NCBI GenBank assembly: GCA_049999805.1
Contig: JBNGIO010006185.1
Coordinates: forward strand, 199,775 to 263,774
DNA length: 64,000 nt
Direction of reading: 5' to 3'
From: Folioceros fuciformis
Taxonomy: Eukaryota
This document shows, in pieces, positions 57,057 to 64,000 of this stretch (its first letter is position 1; each line of letters begins with the position of its first letter). The notes beneath the pieces were generated by a model. The model saw only the letters and a list, made by a program, of their open reading frames with translations. It was not told the origin of the DNA and did not search any database. A program made the translations under genes and the position numbers.

Positions 57057-58647
57057 TTACGCTGTTTTGGTGGCTGCCTTGGAATTATTCAGCACGTTCT
57101 TGACGTTTTCCTTCAGCTTTCCATACACCAAGTTGTTGATCCAGGGAATGTCCTTGTACTGGAACGTGGAGGACGAAGGAGCAGAAGACGAAGCAGGAGA
57201 AGAGGGGACCTTGCTTCTGCTTTTGTGTAACCACTCTCCTGCTTTCAAGTACCATTTGCTATCTGCAACCACGAGAGAAGACGACGGATCAGTTCTAGAG
57301 CCATGAAAGACTTTGGACCACCACACTTGGATGCCAATTCAATCCATATGTTCCAGCTTACCTTGGTTCCCATCTGGCGGCTTGGATAAGGCGTAGTCAT
57401 TTCGAGAAGCAAGCTGAATCCTTCTTGCCCTTTCCATAGCTTCCTTCTCTGCTTTCTCCCGAATGCGGTTCCTTTCCTTCCTCGGCGACCTGGCACTCCT
57501 GGGGCTGCTGATAAGAGGCGTGGGCCTGAGAGGGCTGCCCAATTCCAAATCCATGCCACGACGGTAGCTACCACCTGTACTGGGTGATGCTGGTCTGGAG
57601 GCGTTGTGTACAGGAGTGATGGACTTCATGCTCCCAGGACTAGCAGGAATTGAAGGGCCGTGACCTCGAGGACTGGGAGCGATGGGCGTACGTGGGGAAG
57701 AGAGAGGACTCCTCCTCATATCATGCACCTTCGTGACAGATTCAGCCGGAGTCGCCCTGCTCATGGACGGCGATCTTGACGGAGTGCGAGGGCTTCTGGG
57801 TAGCTTAGGATGTTGAGCAAACCCAGGAGTAGCCTTGGCATGAGAACTTCTCCAGGAACTAGGTGTCCTTCCAGTGGACCACTGCTGCCTAGGTCCCCTG
57901 TATGACGACGGCGTCCGAGCCATCTTCGGTGTATTCCCTGACCTGTCACGTACTATCGCCAGAGACCGATCACTTCCGGCATCTGCTGCGAACTTGGAAG
58001 CTGAAGGGCTCCCCAGAAGGGCACCCACATCAATATCTGCCTCTATCCAGGCAGGAAGCCTCAATGGATCATGCAACATATCTGCAAGCTCTACGCTGGG
58101 CCTGTGGAACCCAATCTTGCACCTGGTTCCAGGAAACTTTCCCAGATACAGCTGCACCCTGATGGGTAACCGGGGACGAGGCTTCATATCTCGTGTCGAG
58201 AGCACTGGAGCACATCGTGCCAAAACGAAGCCATTCAGTCCCACGATGGGCATAACACCCACGCTGCAAATCCACAAACCCATGTCAGACACAACAAAAC
58301 GCTCTCACTCCCTCACTCACGGTCATCTGCCAACAACCAGAGAAGGAAAATGCCTGGAAACAACAACACACGTACCCCTCACAAAACCAGCAAGCCTCCT
58401 CACTCGGAGCTACCTTCTTCCATCCAAACATGGGAGCTTTGTGGACGTTGAGCCCCGAGCCCTTGCACCTAGGACACCGGGTTCTCTCCCCATCCACATT
58501 TCCCCACAACCCAGTCACCTGCTTCACCCAAGTCTGAATATTCTCAAACTGCCCCGCCGTATGCTGCTCCACGTGGTGCGTAATCAGGGACCAAGAGAAG
58601 GGAGCCCGCACCACCTGCGACACGGCCACACTCTCTCCTCCCGCCAT
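57057..58647 (-). CDS. Uncharacterised protein with two CxxCxGxG (DnaJ-type zinc finger) motifs and a Ser/Pro/Arg-rich tail; 3 exons
   Basis: CPRCKGSG, and CWFCEG|VG formed across an in-frame intron (about 58375-58265). Last intron at about 57361-57328. Confidence 0.65.
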
Positions 58648-59697
58648 CTCCTACAGCCTCAACACCTCACCTCCACCCGCATTGCCTATCTCCAAGAATC
58701 TTCTCCTCCTCCCTCACCCCAGCTCCCATCTCTCCCATCCTCCGACCCTCCATCCAGCTACAGCTCCACCGCTGCTCTCCCAAGAACCACACACTGCCCT
58801 ATACACTCCACAAACGGTGCTAACAACACACACAATTCTGAAGCCTTCGCAAGACACTCTTGGGCCAACGCAACGGAACAACTCAATTCCTAGCTCGGCA
58901 ACGACACAGCAAGGAGAATCACGACACCGCTGCCGCCCGGCTGATGCTCTACCTACTGCCTAGCTCCAGGCTTGTCTTCTCCTTCTCGTTACAAGGCACA
59001 CGGATCTGGGGTGACCGACGTCGAAGGCGGGATCCGCCAAGTTCGAACGAAAGGCCGGTATTCTAGGGCACTCTGGTGTTGCGGCCCCACCACGCGTGCC
59101 CCCTGGCCACATCCTGTCACTTGAATGTCTCGAGATTTTGGTTGCGTTCACATGCCACTCCTGTCCAGACACGAGCGTCGGCTGACACAGCCAGATCTTG
59201 TTTTGCAAGAACCTAAACTCAGTTAAGGGTCAGAAATGCCAACTTGAGATTTCTCACTTTCTCTGAGAGCCAGAACAAAATGAAGACTGTTTAGCAGAAG
59301 TCTCCTCTGAGCTTCCGTTACCTCCTTTGAACTTCTGTTCTGCTACAGAATCGGAATCTGAGTACCTAGTAGTACAGTTCAGGGACTCTGGGACCCAGGA
59401 TACATATTTGCGTGGAGAGAAATCCAGACATGGAATGCCAAGAAACAGTACGAGTTGGGTTATGGATATGAGGAGCCCGAGATAGCAAGACAAGGTCTCT
59501 GGAACTCTGACATGGCAACCGTATCTTGGGCACGGGTTGTGACTCCTATGCAAAACCACGCACTCAACCAGCAGGAAGAGGGATGTCCACCTGGAAAATC
59601 AGCATTCTGCGGCCAGGAAACGGAGTTGTTGGAAGACCCCGTCACAACTGGATGACCTTCCTCCATCACATGCCGACAAGGAATTTACCGGAATGCT

Positions 59698-61470
59698 TCA
59701 GTTGGGAATTCTGTCCTTCAGGTACTGCAATAGAGCTTTGGTTCCACGCTCCAGGAGAGGGCGGCGGATGGTACGGAGGGGGTTCCCTTCCACCTTCAAG
59801 CTACGGAGGGATGACTCCAGCAAACCCAGCTTCGGAGGCAGGACAGAGATGTTGTTGTCTGCCAGGTTCAGCTCTTCCAGCTGTGTCAATTCAACGAGAC
59901 CTTCCACGACGACTGAGATGGAGTTTTGGCTCAAGTCTAGGACTCGCAGGTTAGTCAAGAGGCTCACGTCAGCTGGTATTTCCTGTAGCTGCATTCGCTG
60001 GAGTCTGAGTTCCTTGAGGTCAGGCATCTGTGAGAGAGAGGGGGGAGGTGGGAGAGGAGCCTTGATGCCACTCAGGTCCAGTATATGCAGCTTGGAGACG
60101 CCTGCAAACGCATCCTGAGGAAACTGAAGCAGTGGATTGTGAGCCAGCACCAAATGACGAAGGTTAGACAATGACGACAAAACAGAACCTGGCCATTCTT
60201 GGATCTTGTTGTCAGCCAGGAGAAGAGTAGTGAGAGAGGAGCAGCTCTGGACCTCGGGGGGGAGCTGCTGGATGTTGTTCTTGCAAAGATCCACCGTAGT
60301 GACTGCATCCCCTGCCCACACTTCGGCAGGAACAGCATCTAGCTTCAACCCTGCGAGTGAGAAGACCTTGGATGAGACTGCCTGCCTTGATGCCATAACC
60401 ACTACCTCCTGTACATCTGCCCCGAAAACATTGCCAGAGGCAACAGCTGCAGTGCTGGCCACTTCTGGCACCGGCAGCCTGCTTCTTAGGAACTTGAGCA
60501 ACGAAGGTGTTGATCCAGAGACCATAGAGCTTCGCAGAGACCGTAACGGATTCCCTATAAGTACCAGCTTCCGTAAGGTTGTCATGTTCCCAAGTTCTGC
60601 CGGCAAACCTGCCAAGTTATTGTTGGACAAGTCCAGAACTGAGAGACGCAAGGAGCAAGCCTCCACGGGAAACACTGTAAGCTGGTTGCCATGCAAGTCA
60701 AGAGTGGCCAGCGCTTTCAGACAGCCCATCTCCGGCGGGAGAGACGAGATGCGATTCAGGCCAAGGGACAGTTCAGCAAGAGAAACACAACCAGAAATGG
60801 CAGGACACAGAACTGAGATGCGGTTCTGATGAAGATCCAGCCGGATCAAACGCACAAGTACCTCCAGCCCTCCAGGCATCTCCGTCAAACAATTTTTCGC
60901 AGCATTAAGCTCTGTCAGAGAAGGGAAGCACCCAAGGTTAAGCAGCTTCACAAGCTTATTCCCCTCGGTCTCAAGCACTGTCAGACGGGAGCAGCGCGCT
61001 AGCTCCTCTGGCAAGGTGGTGAGTCTGTTATTCGATATCCTAAGATCAACCAGGTCCCCGCAGTTGCCAATGGTAGAAGGAAGGTTCTCCAACAGGTTGT
61101 TGGAACACTGCAACTTGACAAGTGCCGACAGACACCCTATCTCGTCAGGTAGCTGAGACAAGAGATTACCCGACACATCGATTGACTTTAGCAGAATCAG
61201 GCTGCCGATTGAAGAAGGCAGGCTTGCCAGCTTATTGTAACTGAGATTCAAAAGGGTCAAGGACGTCAGGGATCCAATATCCTCAGACAGAACCTTAATA
61301 CTGTTGTGCGCAAGAATCAGTTTCTGCAACTCCACCATCTCCCACCACTTCTCATCTGAGCCAGGTGCAGTCTCGATCGGGATGTACACTTGAGGAGGCA
61401 CCTCCGTCAAAGCCCTGTTAGACAGATTGAGAGAGCCAGACGCTCGTGCTGCTTTCAGCAGCTTCTCCAT
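59698..61470 (-). CDS. Intracellular LRR protein, LRRC40-like; single coding exon
   Basis: MEKLLKAARASGSLNLSNRAL, EKWWEMVELQKLILAHN, GNPLRSLRSSMV, GNPLRTIRRPLLERGTKALLQYLKDRI. Confidence 0.92.
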   Translation of the reverse strand: MEKLLKAARASGSLNLSNRALTEVPPQVYIPIETAPGSDEKWWEMVELQKLILAHNSIKVLSEDIGSLTSLTLLNLSYNKLASLPSSIGSLILLKSIDVSGNLLSQLPDEIGCLSALVKLQCSNNLLENLPSTIGNCGDLVDLRISNNRLTTLPEELARCSRLTVLETEGNKLVKLLNLGCFPSLTELNAAKNCLTEMPGGLEVLVRLIRLDLHQNRISVLCPAISGCVSLAELSLGLNRISSLPPEMGCLKALATLDLHGNQLTVFPVEACSLRLSVLDLSNNNLAGLPAELGNMTTLRKLVLIGNPLRSLRSSMVSGSTPSLLKFLRSRLPVPEVASTAAVASGNVFGADVQEVVVMASRQAVSSKVFSLAGLKLDAVPAEVWAGDAVTTVDLCKNNIQQLPPEVQSCSSLTTLLLADNKIQEWPGSVLSSLSNLRHLVLAHNPLLQFPQDAFAGVSKLHILDLSGIKAPLPPPPSLSQMPDLKELRLQRMQLQEIPADVSLLTNLRVLDLSQNSISVVVEGLVELTQLEELNLADNNISVLPPKLGLLESSLRSLKVEGNPLRTIRRPLLERGTKALLQYLKDRIPN

Positions 61471-62890
61471 CGTGGTAAGCTATTGAGGACCAGCTAGCTA
61501 TTCCATCCCCCACAATCCTCTAAGACTGAGGAAATCCCGACAGACAAGAAGCAGCACTGTCGTCCACTAAACAGCACGCAGTGAGGGATGTTATTATGCC
61601 GTGTCTTGACCGCATACGTGAGAAGAGTGATGTTCAGCATTCATCTGACTGCGATGGCAGAAACATTGGCCCCGTCAGGAATGAGAACTGAATGAATATT
61701 CCAAACCACGATTCCAGTATCTCCTCCGGATTCCATGGTAAATGATGTGTCACATATCAGGACAAACCAGACCAGCTGAGTGCAGCATCTGAGGGAGATG
61801 TTGGACAGGGAGAACTTTTGAAACTGTCATCCAGCCGAAGGCCAGTGCATAGACAAGCGCAGCAGACCTTAGATGATCACAACAGCTTCTCTGTTCCTGG
61901 GACGAAATGGAAGAGACGGAAAGGAATTCCACCAGCCTCCACAAGCTCCAGCTCCTGTTCCTCTCGGAAGCAGTTGGTCGAGACTGACGGCTCACGTGGA
62001 CCAGGATGAGACGCGAATGGCTCCGGCGAAAACGGGACCAAAATGGTGGTCAGGTTTTTAGGTCAGGCAGCGGCTGCCGAGCGATTGTCACACTGACACG
62101 CCAGGGGTGGGGATCGAGAGGGACAGACCGCTGCTGGGGACCTGAGCAAGGTACAGATAATATTTTGTGTGTGGCAATTATGTGTGTTTGGTGTACACAT
62201 GTCTGCAACACTATCCACAAAAGACTTCCATCAGCAGTTGTGGTCCCCAAGACTGGCAGAGATGTGCCTGTCTGGTCAGCTTGCTTTCTCTGAAATTGAG
62301 AGTTGCCTGCTGTACAGTCCTCAACGCCGCTTGGGAGGAGGTCAATGCAAGGGGGCTATGTGGGGGCCCTGCATACTGTATCTCTTGCGAGGGCATGGGG
62401 GAGTGGAGGGATTGACGTCTCCCGTAGCACACACATTGGGCAAGGGCGGAGCAGGAAAAGGGTTGATTGCGGATCGAGCCTGCAGGGCCTGAATCACAAG
62501 TTTTTCTCCTGCCTTTCCCTGAGCAGGAGTGCAACAATTTTGTTGCCGCTTGCAAGCAGTTCCTCCTGCTGCAAAATCCATAAGCAGATTGTTTTGGAGG
62601 ACGGGGAATTTGGCAAGCATGTTTCTGCTGGTGGTAGGAAGACGAAGGGAGTTGTGTTGGGGTTTACGGTCCAACCACTGGCATGGACCAGAAGGTGTCC
62701 TGCTCCTGTCTCATGTCGTCCTGACATTGCGTGTTGTTGTTCTCCACAGTCCATGATGCAGTCCTCTCCCCCGGAATCAACTGCTGACGAGGTCTTTATT
62801 GGGAACATTTTTCTGTGGTGGAATTGAGTCCTGTGCCTTGCAACCGATGAATTGTGATTGACGTCTGATGGCTGTTTTAGTGGGGTGCAG

Positions 62891-64000
62891 ATGGAGGAGG
62901 CATCTAGCAGAGGTTACTCTGTTGAGGAGGCAATTGAAGCTGTTGGGTTTGGCCGTTATCAGAAGTACCTGCTGGCTTATGCTGGGATGGCATGGGCAGC
63001 TGAAGCAATGGAGATGATGCTGTTGTCTTTTGCTGGACCAGCTGTCCAGCAAATGTGGAATTTGTCGACTCGGGAGGAGAGCATTATCTCGAGTATCGTT
63101 TTTGCTGGCATGATGATTGGAGCCTACTCTTGGGGCATATTATCTGACCTGAAAGGCAGGAGGTGTTCCTTTTTCCGTTTGGTTTCTTCCTCATTTCCGT
63201 GTATGGTTGATATCATGGTCTCAAACGTACCGACTGGGGTTTGTCTAATCTGATGTCTCACTTATCTGCAGGTTCGGGTTTTTTGCAACAGCAGTTCTTA
63301 CCTTCATTGCAGGCATCCTCAGCGCATTTTCCCCAAGTTATTACGTGTTGCTACTTCTGAGGGGTCTGGTCGGCGTTGGGCTGGGAGGGGGGCCCGTGCT
63401 GTCTTCTTGGTTTATGGAGTTCATTCCTTCTCCAAAACGAGGGTTCTGGATGGTGGTTATCTTTTTCTTCTGGACAGTAGGGTCAGTTGCAGAGGCTTCT
63501 CTCGCTTGGGTAAGAGTAACAAACACCTGCTGACTTTCTCAAGTATTGGCTGGTTGACGTTCTTGCAGCTGTTACATTCTGATCCAAAATGTTGCTCGTA
63601 TGAATGAGTCTCGAGTGAGGATTTTTGCCAACTGTTTGATTTCGGGGTGTGCAGTGTGTGATGCCTACCTTAGGATGGCGATGGCTGCTGGGACTATCTG
63701 CTGCACCGTTGGGCGTCCTTCTTTTCTTTTATTCACGAGTACCAGAGTCTCCAAGATATCTAGCGGCAAAAGGTGACATAGAGGGAGCTGAAAGAGTTTT
63801 CCAGTCTATGAGTCGAGTAAACGGCAAGTCCCTTCCACCAGGGAAACTAGTACGACCCTTGGCATCAGGCAAAGAAGTTGAGATTGTGCAACCAAGCAGT
63901 AGCTCGAAATGGGGTGGTGGAAGAGAAGTCGCCGATGGAATAGAAGATGTGCATCTTCTTCCAAATTCATCTGAAACAAAATCAAATAAACCGAGAGAGG
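62891..64000 (+). CDS. OCT7: MFS transporter, SV2/OCT7-like; exons 62891-63162, 63272-63509, 63655 to beyond the window (3' truncated)
   Basis: YSVEEAIEAVGFGRYQ, AEAMEMMLLSF, WGILSDLKGRR, LRGLVGVGLGG, EFIPSPKRG, LGWRWLL, PESPRYL. Confidence 0.9.

Overview
Compact, gene-dense nuclear DNA from a non-seed land plant, with introns of about 90-130 bp and four N-gaps. A hornwort such as Anthoceros is the best inference, because DYW:KP-class PPR genes (GRP and DRx termini) occur together with expanded short PPOs. In order, the window holds: a polyphenol-oxidase cluster (one intact secreted short-type gene and two pseudogene fragments); a 235-bp tandem array; a PLS-E+ PPR; an F-box gene; an RFC small subunit; an intact DYW:KP PPR with an N-terminal OSB-type PDF motif; a TSD-flanked RNase H-bearing LINE; a GRP-type DYW:KP pseudogene; a second F-box gene; an LRR receptor-like protein followed by a pogo-type transposon; OSCA/CSC1; plastid ATP synthase delta; two intronless RING ORFs; an A1 aspartic protease with DTA motifs; a head-to-head TRM5-like/ELP6 pair; a SirB1/transglutaminase-like gene; a half-DnaJ zinc-finger gene; an LRRC40-like gene; and the 5' part of an OCT7/SV2-like MFS transporter. 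The most notable item is a candidate U-to-C RNA-editing factor fused to an ssDNA-binding-type motif, lying next to a C-to-U-class paralog with a closely similar N-terminal repeat tract. All family assignments come from motif recognition by eye; no searches were run.
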